In this document: positions 56,190 to 64,000 of the stretch, in pieces | How the letters are laid out: each line of letters starts with the position of its first letter | How positions within the stretch are numbered: the stretch's first letter is position 1 | DNA from: Bacteroidota bacterium | GTDB lineage: Bacteria; Bacteroidota; Bacteroidia; Chitinophagales; Saprospiraceae | Reading direction: 5' to 3' | DNA: 64,000 nt | NCBI GenBank assembly: GCA_037130425.1 | Contig: JBAXTB010000001.1 | Coordinates: forward strand, 2,527 to 66,526 | The notes under the pieces: generated by a model | Database searches by the model: none | What the model saw: the letters and a program-made list of their open reading frames with translations, nothing else | Told to the model about the DNA's origin: nothing | Program-made: the position numbers and the translations under genes

Positions 56190-57887
56190 AACAGTTCTTT
56201 TATCCATTTCCTCCTTAGAAAAATTTGGTGGTTGAATTAAATTAGGTAAAATTCTATTTTCCCTATTTTCACATAACTTCAATGCCATTTGTTTATAAAC
56301 AGTTTGAAATGCGGCTAATGTGTGTTGTCCAAATAATGTAAAACTACCTTCATAATGCTGAAACTGATATTCTTCATAAGTAGTTGTATAACCACAAAAT
56401 TCATTAGAATTTGAAGTTATTATAACATCAATTACTCCCCTTTTCTCTAAAACATTTAATAGTGTTTTTTTCAGTCGTTTACCAGCAATTGTTGAAATCT
56501 CTCCTGGGAAGCCCACAATTGCAATTTCACCAATAATGAAAATTTGAATAGGTAATATAATGGGAGCCCAAGTATTATTTTTTAAAGCACCAGAATTATA
56601 TTGTTTTTTTATTTCATACCCTAAGTCCTTTAAACTATTGGGCAATGGGATTTTATTTAAATTAGAATACCCTAAAATTTTCTTGTCCTGTAACTCAATA
56701 AAAATCTTTTTAGTTCCATGAGCTAATTTTAAATGTTGATAACGTATACGGTTCTTTTTAGAGGTTATTAGTGGTATTCGCCTTAAAGTTTCTTTATATT
56801 TATTAATACTATTAAATAATGTAATAGAAACTGAATCTAAAAAGGGTTTATCAATCCCGTCACCCTCTAAAAAAGAAAGGCCAAGCACAGGTGAGCCCGT
56901 TTCATGATTTTTTTTATCATTTGTAAATTCACTATCACAAACGATTTTTGACATATCAACAAAATAATGAATAAAATCAATTGAATCCTTTAAAGGAATT
57001 TGATGATCTTTAGAATCAAAAATGTTTCGTGCATTTTCAAATTGAATAAATCCACTAAAAAAAGCTGATTTAAATTCATCATCATATCGACCTCTTGGCC
57101 ACCACTTAGATCTGCCATAATAATTTGGAGATACGTCACCTTGAGATTCACTGCAAAATGCCGCTACAAAATTTCGAACTTCCGATTTATCATTTTCAAA
57201 TAATGAAGCCGCATATCCTTTATTATCAGGATGAATTCGAGAATTTTTTTCAGATATTGAAGTTCCTTTTACACCAAACCAATTAATAAGACCCTTATTT
57301 ACCGACTTATTAGAACAAATTCGAAATTGTTTAATCATTCTATCAATAGCAAATTGAGTACGAGTATCATCAAAGTATTCAATATCGTTATTGCTATTAT
57401 AAGCTTCAATTGAGCGATTAAATGCAACATCTGATTCTGAATCAATAAGATCTACATTTAGAAAAACATCACTCGGTTCAATATCCAAATATGCTATGGA
57501 AAGTGCTTCAATGCATGCATTTTTATACGAAGCAAAAATTGAAGGTCTAAATCCTCGAGTACTAAAATTGAAAAAAGGATAATGAGAATATCCCCCTGGA
57601 GCACTGTGTGTGTTTTGAGAACAAAACATTACATTATCAATTGAAAGCATAGAACTAGAATGCTTTAAATTAAAACCATCAATTATTGCTTTTTTCAAAT
57701 GATGTGTTGTAAAGCAACATTCCAAATTTATTATTGCCAACCAAACATTCTCTTTTTTAAAAACAAATGCACGGGAAAACAAATCATTTTCAATACCATC
57801 AGCAAAATGGTCAATATTTCCATATCCTTGCATAGGGACATGCATTTTATTGAAGATAACTTTAGATTTTCCGACACCAACAAGCAT
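56184..57887 (-). CDS. neutral/alkaline ceramidase-family protein (567 aa)
   Basis: The N-terminal GVGKSKV...MQGYG...LFSRAFVF and NTHSAPGGY (zinc-ligand region) resemble bacterial neutral ceramidases. No signal peptide was seen. Confidence 0.65.
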   Translation of the reverse strand: MLVGVGKSKVIFNKMHVPMQGYGNIDHFADGIENDLFSRAFVFKKENVWLAIINLECCFTTHHLKKAIIDGFNLKHSSSMLSIDNVMFCSQNTHSAPGGYSHYPFFNFSTRGFRPSIFASYKNACIEALSIAYLDIEPSDVFLNVDLIDSESDVAFNRSIEAYNSNNDIEYFDDTRTQFAIDRMIKQFRICSNKSVNKGLINWFGVKGTSISEKNSRIHPDNKGYAASLFENDKSEVRNFVAAFCSESQGDVSPNYYGRSKWWPRGRYDDEFKSAFFSGFIQFENARNIFDSKDHQIPLKDSIDFIHYFVDMSKIVCDSEFTNDKKNHETGSPVLGLSFLEGDGIDKPFLDSVSITLFNSINKYKETLRRIPLITSKKNRIRYQHLKLAHGTKKIFIELQDKKILGYSNLNKIPLPNSLKDLGYEIKKQYNSGALKNNTWAPIILPIQIFIIGEIAIVGFPGEISTIAGKRLKKTLLNVLEKRGVIDVIITSNSNEFCGYTTTYEEYQFQHYEGSFTLFGQHTLAAFQTVYKQMALKLCENRENRILPNLIQPPNFSKEEMDKRTVL

Positions 57888-59029
57888 AATGATATAAAAT
57901 TCAAAATTAAGTTATTTCAGCAAATAGAAATCAAAATAATTATGCCTCATCAGTCCAAAACGTTTAAAATTAGGGGTAAAAATAGGAGTTGGTCGGGATT
58001 AAACCGATATGTTTAATTCAAAAACAAACCAACTCACGGATAAAAGATCACATTATTCACTCAGAGATTTCGAAAAATTTAAGTGCGGTTCTTTCAATTT
58101 ATAAGCAGATGTTTTTGAATACTATAAACACAGTAATATTAATGATGCCGGGTCACGCTTTGAGGCACTAATCTTCTGTTATTTCTCCAAGTCTAATAGA
58201 TAAAATGATGTTTTAATCGAATGCGCTCTGAACCCAGCGATATAAATCATTTGAGAGTAATTTTGATTGGGTAATTTTTTGGAAAAAGAAAGTGGCAATA
58301 AATCTACAATAGTGATTGATTTTGATGGTTGCATGCATGTTTCCGCAGATTTGATCGATGTAAAAAACACGATGTATCTAGTCCAAATGGCTTTGAATTC
58401 CTGGTAGGAAGCAGTGTCGCATCTGATCGGGCTTTTGTAAATTTTAACTGGTTAAGACAGTACGATGTCCAAAGTGTTTTATTTGTGATACGTGGAAAAG
58501 AAAATATTAAACTTTATTTATACGAATATTTTAAAACTCCATTTGATCAAGCAAATTCGAATGTCTACTATGACTGAAAAAGCTATCTAAGTTCAACACA
58601 ATCAAAAGAAATGTATCCCCAAAAGCTTATAATGGTTCAATTCTTTGACGAATAGCAGCAAATCTACCTGAAACTGCTAAAAACAATGTACATTGACAAC
58701 ATCGACCAAATTGGAGCTATAAAAACGTCTATGGAGGGATGGATTGTTCTTTAAGAAATCAAAACATAAAGGGATTAATTTTAAAAAAAAACTTCTTTTA
58801 TGAGGAATTACGAATCAAAGCAGGATTCTATTTTCATTATTCTGATATTTGGAAAGGGTTTGATTTTGACTTTATAAAAAATCAATTCCTCTATTTTTAA
58901 AATAAATAAATATGATAAATTGGGTATTATTGTATACAAAAACAATCAAGATGAATGTACTAAAAAAGTTATTTCGTGATTTATCTAAATCTAAAATTAC
59001 CTTATTTGAGATCGAATAAAATCAAACGA

Positions 59030-60664
59030 ATGAAATACAACACAATGTATAGACTATCCTTTATCCTAGGATTTTTTTTTCTACAAATTATTCCTCTTAA
59101 TGGCTTTTCTCAAGAAGTAAATAAGTATTGGGTATTTTTCAAAAATAAACCTGATACTGTTTTTGACCCTTTTCACTACTTTGATAAAAATACAATTGCC
59201 CGTCGAGTTAGGAACCATCTTCCTCTCTATGATTGGTATGATTTACCTGTCAGCAATGAGTATTTATCTATTGTTCAAAAGAATTGCAGTAAACTTAAAA
59301 CTCATTCTCGTTGGTTTAATGCAGCAGTAATTTTAGCAACGGATAGTCAAATATCAATAATTAATCAATTTGCTTTTATAGATACTATTGAGCAAGCAAA
59401 TCCCTTAACTCTTCAAATTGCAGATTTTACTGAATTTGAGAATAAATTAGAGTTAAACAAAATATCTGATGATTTGATTTTAGATTCTCAAACAAAAAGG
59501 ATGGGTGCCGATTTATTAATCGAAAAAGGTCTTACTGGTAAGGGAATACGCATAGCAATATTTGATGTTGGCTTTTCTGGTGCTGATAAACACACCGCAT
59601 TTCAGCACATCCGAAGTAGAAATGGAATTCTTAAAACTTGGGATTTCGTTAAAAATGAAGAAAATGTATGGAAAGGAGGATGGCATGGAACTGCTGTTTG
59701 GTCTTGTATAGCCGGTAAACTGAATGGTCGTTGGTCGGGATTAGCAACTGATGCTGAATTCCTTCTAGCGCGAACAGAAATTGGTAACAAAGAACCATTT
59801 GCTGAAGAAGAATATTGGGTCTCAGCTGCCGAATGGGCAGATAAGAATGGTGCTGACATCATCAACAGCTCCTTAGGTTATACCGATTCTCGCTATTTCC
59901 CTCGTCAAATGGATGGTAAAACTACCTTCATTACACGAGGTGCTAATCTAGCAGCTAAGAAAGGTATGCTTGTGGTAAACGCTGCCGGAAACGAAGGCGA
60001 TAGCAATTGGCGTATAGTTGCTGCTCCTGCTGATGCCGATTCAGTTTTAACTATTGGTGGTGTAGAACCCTGTTGCGATTATCATATCTCATTTAGCTCA
60101 TATGGTCCAACACGTGACATGCGTATTAAACCCAATGTATGCGCTCAAGGTAGAGCATTTTGTGCCAAAGAAAATGGGGAAAGTAATGCCGATGGTACCT
60201 CATTCGCAAGTCCGCTTGCTGCCGGTTTTGCTGCATGTGCATGGCAAGCAAAACGTTCACTAAGTAACATGCAGCTTTTCGACGAACTGCAAAAATGTGC
60301 CAGCCTCTTCCCCTATTTTGATTATGCTCATGGTTATGGTGTGCTTTCGGCTGATAGATTCCTAAACAACATAGTTGCAACGCCATCTTTTGTTGCTAAA
60401 AAAGCTTCTACAACAAGTGAAACAGGTGATTCAACTGAGTATATCCAAATTGAAGTGGATGATAAATTCACAACAACAAATCCCGAAGGAATGGACTATC
60501 TCATGTATTATTGCATTGTAAATACTTCAGGGGGATTGGATTCATATACAGTCATTAAAGTACACGAAAAAATCCCTGTTCAGTTCAAGACGAATGCCTA
60601 TTCCACTGGAACAAAACTTCGTATTTCATTACAAGGCTATATGTCTGAAATCCAATTTAAATAA
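59030..60664 (+). CDS. S8-family (subtilisin-like) serine peptidase
   Basis: Catalytic triad contexts IAIFDVGF (D), WHGTAVWS (H) and DGTSFASPLAAG (S), with a signal peptide after ATG 59030. The ORF track starts earlier, at 58976. Confidence 0.88.
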   Translation: MKYNTMYRLSFILGFFFLQIIPLNGFSQEVNKYWVFFKNKPDTVFDPFHYFDKNTIARRVRNHLPLYDWYDLPVSNEYLSIVQKNCSKLKTHSRWFNAAVILATDSQISIINQFAFIDTIEQANPLTLQIADFTEFENKLELNKISDDLILDSQTKRMGADLLIEKGLTGKGIRIAIFDVGFSGADKHTAFQHIRSRNGILKTWDFVKNEENVWKGGWHGTAVWSCIAGKLNGRWSGLATDAEFLLARTEIGNKEPFAEEEYWVSAAEWADKNGADIINSSLGYTDSRYFPRQMDGKTTFITRGANLAAKKGMLVVNAAGNEGDSNWRIVAAPADADSVLTIGGVEPCCDYHISFSSYGPTRDMRIKPNVCAQGRAFCAKENGESNADGTSFASPLAAGFAACAWQAKRSLSNMQLFDELQKCASLFPYFDYAHGYGVLSADRFLNNIVATPSFVAKKASTTSETGDSTEYIQIEVDDKFTTTNPEGMDYLMYYCIVNTSGGLDSYTVIKVHEKIPVQFKTNAYSTGTKLRISLQGYMSEIQFK

Positions 60665-61362
60665 TGAAAAAACTCTTTTATTCTATTACTCTTCTTATTG
60701 GCAGCTTGAATCAATTATCTGCTCAGGATGTTGTATTTAAAATGGATCCAGCAGTAGATACAACTGAAGACAAATCTGGACCTAACCTTAAAAACTATTG
60801 GCATCCGTATATAAGTTTTGGAATGTGCATCGATCCGGGAAGTGCTGGTGCAACAGTTAAACAGCCGCATCTTGATCAGTTTAGCTTCGGTTTTCGATAT
60901 AAAAATCGTTTAGCTGAACACTTAGCTGTTGGATTAGATATTTCATATAATGTGAACGACTATTCACTCAAACAAAATGCTTCAAAAACACTTCCTGATA
61001 CTGTTCAATACAAAAAGCAGGGGATGATATTTTACAATGCCCAAGTTGGAGCATATATACGTTTTAACTTTGGAAAAAGAGGAAATACCTTAGGAAACTA
61101 CCTCGATTTAGGTGCTTATGGAGATTACGTAGTGTCGCATGTTCAGTTTACAAAATTCAATCTACCCGATGGTTCTATCGTTCGAGCTCGTAGAACTCAA
61201 TTGGATTATTATCAAAAAATCAATTACGGATTACTGGCACGAATTGGATTTAAGAAACTAGTCATTTACGGTCAATATCGTTTATCCGATATGTTTTATC
61301 CATCTTTAAAAATGGCTGAATTGCCTCGAATTCAAGCAGGTATACAATTTATCCTCCGTTAA
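60664..61362 (+). CDS. putative outer-membrane beta-barrel protein (232 aa)
   Basis: Signal peptide, an alternating hydrophobic strand pattern and an aromatic C-terminal region. The start overlaps the S8 gene stop (TAATG). Confidence 0.65.
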   Translation: MKKLFYSITLLIGSLNQLSAQDVVFKMDPAVDTTEDKSGPNLKNYWHPYISFGMCIDPGSAGATVKQPHLDQFSFGFRYKNRLAEHLAVGLDISYNVNDYSLKQNASKTLPDTVQYKKQGMIFYNAQVGAYIRFNFGKRGNTLGNYLDLGAYGDYVVSHVQFTKFNLPDGSIVRARRTQLDYYQKINYGLLARIGFKKLVIYGQYRLSDMFYPSLKMAELPRIQAGIQFILR

Positions 61363-61368
61363 TTTAAG

Positions 61369-62508
61369 GTGCGTATAGCTGTTAATACTCGTTTGTTGCA
61401 GTCGGGAAAACTCGAGGGCATCGGCTGGTTTTCATTCGAAACACTCCGTCGCATCACTCTGGCTCATCCCGAACATGAGTTTCTATTTATTTTCGATCGA
61501 CCATTTAGTGAGGAGTTTGTCTTTGCACCCAATGTTCGAGCAGTTTATGTTGGACCACCTACTCGCCACATTTTCCTTTTCTTCCCTTGGTTTGAATGGC
61601 AGATTCCTCGCCTACTGAAAAAACATCAAGTTGATTTGTTTTTAAGTCCTGATGGTACATTATCGCTGCGAACCAAAGTCCCACAGATTGCTGTCATACA
61701 CGATTTGAATTTTCATCATCATCCCGAACAGCTTCCCCGCATAGTTCGTTGGTATTACAATACTTTTTTTCCTCGTTATGCTGCAAAAGCGGCTCGTATT
61801 GCCACAGTTTCGGAATACACAAAAAATGACATCATAAATAGTTATGGCATTGCTCCAAATAAAATTGATGTGACTTGGAATGGCTACAATACACGATATC
61901 AGCCATTAGAAAAGGAAATAAACGAACAAACTCGATCACGTTACACAAATGGAAAATCCTATTTTCTTTTTGTAGGATTAATAATTCCCAGAAAAAATCT
62001 GATTCGTTTAATGCAGGCATTTGATCGATTTAAAGAAATATCTAAATCAGATATTCAATTGCTAGTTGTTGGAGAAAAAAAATGGTGGGATCAGGATCAT
62101 GAAAATGCTTTTCAAAATCTCCAGTTTAAAAACGAAATTCATTTTGCTGGACGACTTCAACCCGAAGAATTACATAAAGTACTTTCTGCTGCTCAAGCAT
62201 TAACGTTTGTCCCCACTTTTGAAGGTTTCGGGATACCCATTCTAGAAGCATTCTCGGCCGGAATCCCCGTGATAACATCCAATGTTACTTCAATGCCTGA
62301 AGTTGCTGGAGACGCGGCATTATTGGTAAATCCATTTAATATAGATGCCATTTCTGAGAAAATGATTGAATTAAATCAATCTCCCGAATTACAAAAAGAA
62401 TTAATCGAAAAAGGAATTAAAAGAAAAGAAGAATTCTCTTGGGATAAATCAGCACAACTTCTTTGGAATTGTATTCAAAAGGAAATCGATTATCTCAATC
62501 GTTCTTAA
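61369..62508 (+). CDS. family 1 (GT4) glycosyltransferase
   Basis: GTG start; MRIAVNTRLL N-terminus; C-terminal EGFGIPILEA (E-x7-E region). Confidence 0.88.
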   Translation: MRIAVNTRLLQSGKLEGIGWFSFETLRRITLAHPEHEFLFIFDRPFSEEFVFAPNVRAVYVGPPTRHIFLFFPWFEWQIPRLLKKHQVDLFLSPDGTLSLRTKVPQIAVIHDLNFHHHPEQLPRIVRWYYNTFFPRYAAKAARIATVSEYTKNDIINSYGIAPNKIDVTWNGYNTRYQPLEKEINEQTRSRYTNGKSYFLFVGLIIPRKNLIRLMQAFDRFKEISKSDIQLLVVGEKKWWDQDHENAFQNLQFKNEIHFAGRLQPEELHKVLSAAQALTFVPTFEGFGIPILEAFSAGIPVITSNVTSMPEVAGDAALLVNPFNIDAISEKMIELNQSPELQKELIEKGIKRKEEFSWDKSAQLLWNCIQKEIDYLNRS

Positions 62509-62531
62509 TTTAAGTAATGGGTAAAAAAAAT

Positions 62532-62553
62532 CCGGTCCCGCAAGCGAGACCGG
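62532..62553 (-). terminator. GC hairpin flanked by A8/T8, between convergent genes
   Basis: CCGGTC...GACCGG with an inner CG/CG and a CAAG loop. The A8 tract at 62523-62530 gives a T8 tail on the minus strand. Confidence 0.5.
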
Positions 62554-62797
62554 CAAAACAAAAAAATTAACCTAACCTTAACTTTTTTTTGTTTTCAATC
62601 ATCTTTCGATGACTAGGATTAACCTGAGCAACGTTAATCACTCTAATCCTTCTTGCAAAATTAAAATATTCAACTTACTTACATGGACTCAATTGATTAT
62701 CAACTCGGAAATGTTGATATTAATTTATAAAGTCTTAATGAGCAAACACTTGAAATGATTAAAAGTTTGGTTCTGGATTTTTCATTATTACTTGAAT

Positions 62798-64000
62798 TTA
62801 AAAACAATATGAATTTTCCTCGATGAGCTTCAATGCAATTTGTTGACGTAATTCTTTGGTATTCAAAGGTGTTACTTTAGTAAATCGTCTTAATCCCATT
62901 AACATCATCCGTTGTTCATCACCTTCTGCAAAAGCATTCAACGCGTTCTTGCCAGCGATGTGAATTCGGTCAGCAGCATCATTTATATATACTTTCATCA
63001 TTGCGGTCTTTAACGCTCCTTCTGCTTCACCGTAATTCAATGTTACTTTTTCGGCACGCAACAAAGTCGATTCGGCCACATATACTTCAATCATCATATC
63101 GGCAATGTTCATGAGTATTTCTTGCTCTTTTGCCAAAGTCATCATGAGCTTTTGAACCGCAGAACCTGCAACCATTAAAACTGCTTTTTTAAAGTTTGAA
63201 ATGACACGTTTCTCTGCTGCGAATGGAGCATCATCTTGCACACCAAAATCAGGAATAGCCATCAATTCCTGAGCTACTGATGTAGCGGGCCCAATTAAAT
63301 CTAACTCTCCTTTCATGGCACGTTTCAGCATCATATCTACTGTCAACATGCGGTTAATCTCGTTAGTACCTTCAAAGATTCGATTAATCCGAGCATCGCG
63401 ATATGCACGATCCATTGGCGCTTCGGCCGAATAACCCATTCCACCATAAATCTGTACACCTTCATCAACCACATAATCTAAGGTTTCTGATCCGTGTACT
63501 TTCATGATAGCGCATTCTACTGCAAATTGCTCCACACTTTTCAATTTTGCTTTACCGGGCTCCATTCCTCCTGCAACTAAGGCATCAAAGGCATCATCGA
63601 TATTTTGACCTAAACGATACGCTGCCGATTCACTCGCAAAAGTTCGAATAGTCATTTCAGCCATCTTATGACGAATAGCTCCATATTTAGAAATTGGACG
63701 ACCAAACTGCTCTCGCTCGTTTGCATATTTAATAGCTGTCGATATACATTGCTTACATCCCCCAATGGCAGCAGCTGCCAACTTAATTCGGCCAATGTTT
63801 AATATGTTCACGGCTATCTTAAATCCATTCTGACGATCTGATAACATATTCTCAACCGGAACCAGACAATCGTTAAAGAAAACTTGAACGGTAGATGAGC
63901 CTTTTATTCCCATCTTTTTCTCTTCTTCATTCAGGGATAAACCCGGAAAATCCCTCTCTACAATAAATGCAGTCAAATTTTCATCATCATCGATCTTAGC
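62798..64000 (-). CDS. acyl-CoA dehydrogenase family protein, partial (N-terminus lies beyond the window)
   Basis: The frame stays open to the right edge. ACAD middle and C-terminal domain motifs are present (GIKGSSTVQVFF, QIYGGMGY, RINRIFEGTNEI) plus a C-terminal extension of about 200 aa. Confidence 0.9.
   Translation of the reverse strand, partial: AKIDDDENLTAFIVERDFPGLSLNEEEKKMGIKGSSTVQVFFNDCLVPVENMLSDRQNGFKIAVNILNIGRIKLAAAAIGGCKQCISTAIKYANEREQFGRPISKYGAIRHKMAEMTIRTFASESAAYRLGQNIDDAFDALVAGGMEPGKAKLKSVEQFAVECAIMKVHGSETLDYVVDEGVQIYGGMGYSAEAPMDRAYRDARINRIFEGTNEINRMLTVDMMLKRAMKGELDLIGPATSVAQELMAIPDFGVQDDAPFAAEKRVISNFKKAVLMVAGSAVQKLMMTLAKEQEILMNIADMMIEVYVAESTLLRAEKVTLNYGEAEGALKTAMMKVYINDAADRIHIAGKNALNAFAEGDEQRMMLMGLRRFTKVTPLNTKELRQQIALKLIEENSYCF

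Noticed and set aside
58179-58370. A 63-codon minus-strand ORF, together with plus-strand ORFs 57699..58016 and 57989..58171.
   Set aside because: These are short, low-complexity AT-rich translations. The first plus-strand ORF overlaps the ceramidase-like gene. The region is reported as gene-poor space under findings instead.
62554-62797. A 240-bp spacer between convergent genes with small palindromes (TCATC-TTTC-GATGA; GATTAAC...GTTAATC). It might encode a small RNA.
   Set aside because: The stems are only 5-7 bp in AT-rich DNA, which is expected by chance, and there are no promoter or terminator pairs delimiting a transcript.

Overview
This is a Bacteroidota-type window. Supporting signals are T9SS C-terminal sorting domains, a GWxTD protein, a Y_Y_Y propeller sensor and TAnnTTTG -7 boxes. 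No rRNA, CRISPR array, transposase or integrase was seen.

The window is compositionally bipartite, based on hand-counted 60-nt lines.
- Bases 1 to about 33.3 kb are GC-rich (43-63% G+C, mostly 48% or more). They carry uvrA, an SRPBCC protein, a metallophosphoesterase fused to propeller-like repeats, six T9SS cargo genes, an MFS/acyl-CoA-synthetase pair and a DinB protein. The cargo genes include a 2442-aa type-B-CTD adhesin built of ~75-aa Cys-containing modules and a 1794-aa reprolysin-like protease with a P-domain and SprB repeats. The intergenic regions here hold unusual short-motif hairpin and tandem repeat elements.
- 33.6-36.3 kb is a full-length MmeI-family Type IIL restriction-modification enzyme of intermediate G+C.
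- From about 36.34 kb to the end the DNA is AT-rich (28-47%). It carries tRNA-Asp(GTC), thyA-folA, a GMC oxidoreductase, an NrtR-like regulator and MarC. It also carries an envelope operon (GT2, LpxL-like, GWxTD), glpK, a TlpA-like protein and an AddB-like PD-(D/E)XK nuclease. A propeller-PP2C sensor, a neutral-ceramidase homologue, an S8 protease, GT4 and a partial acyl-CoA dehydrogenase complete the block.

The most interesting locus is a three-gene operon at 36412-37740, between the R-M gene and tRNA-Asp. It encodes a 190-aa protein with a PARP-like H-Y-E motif pattern, a small acidic protein and a clear SecB-like chaperone. I interpret it as a candidate toxin-antitoxin-chaperone (TAC-like) module with a non-canonical ADP-ribosyltransferase-type toxin. 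All product calls come from reading the translations by eye; nothing was searched against a database.
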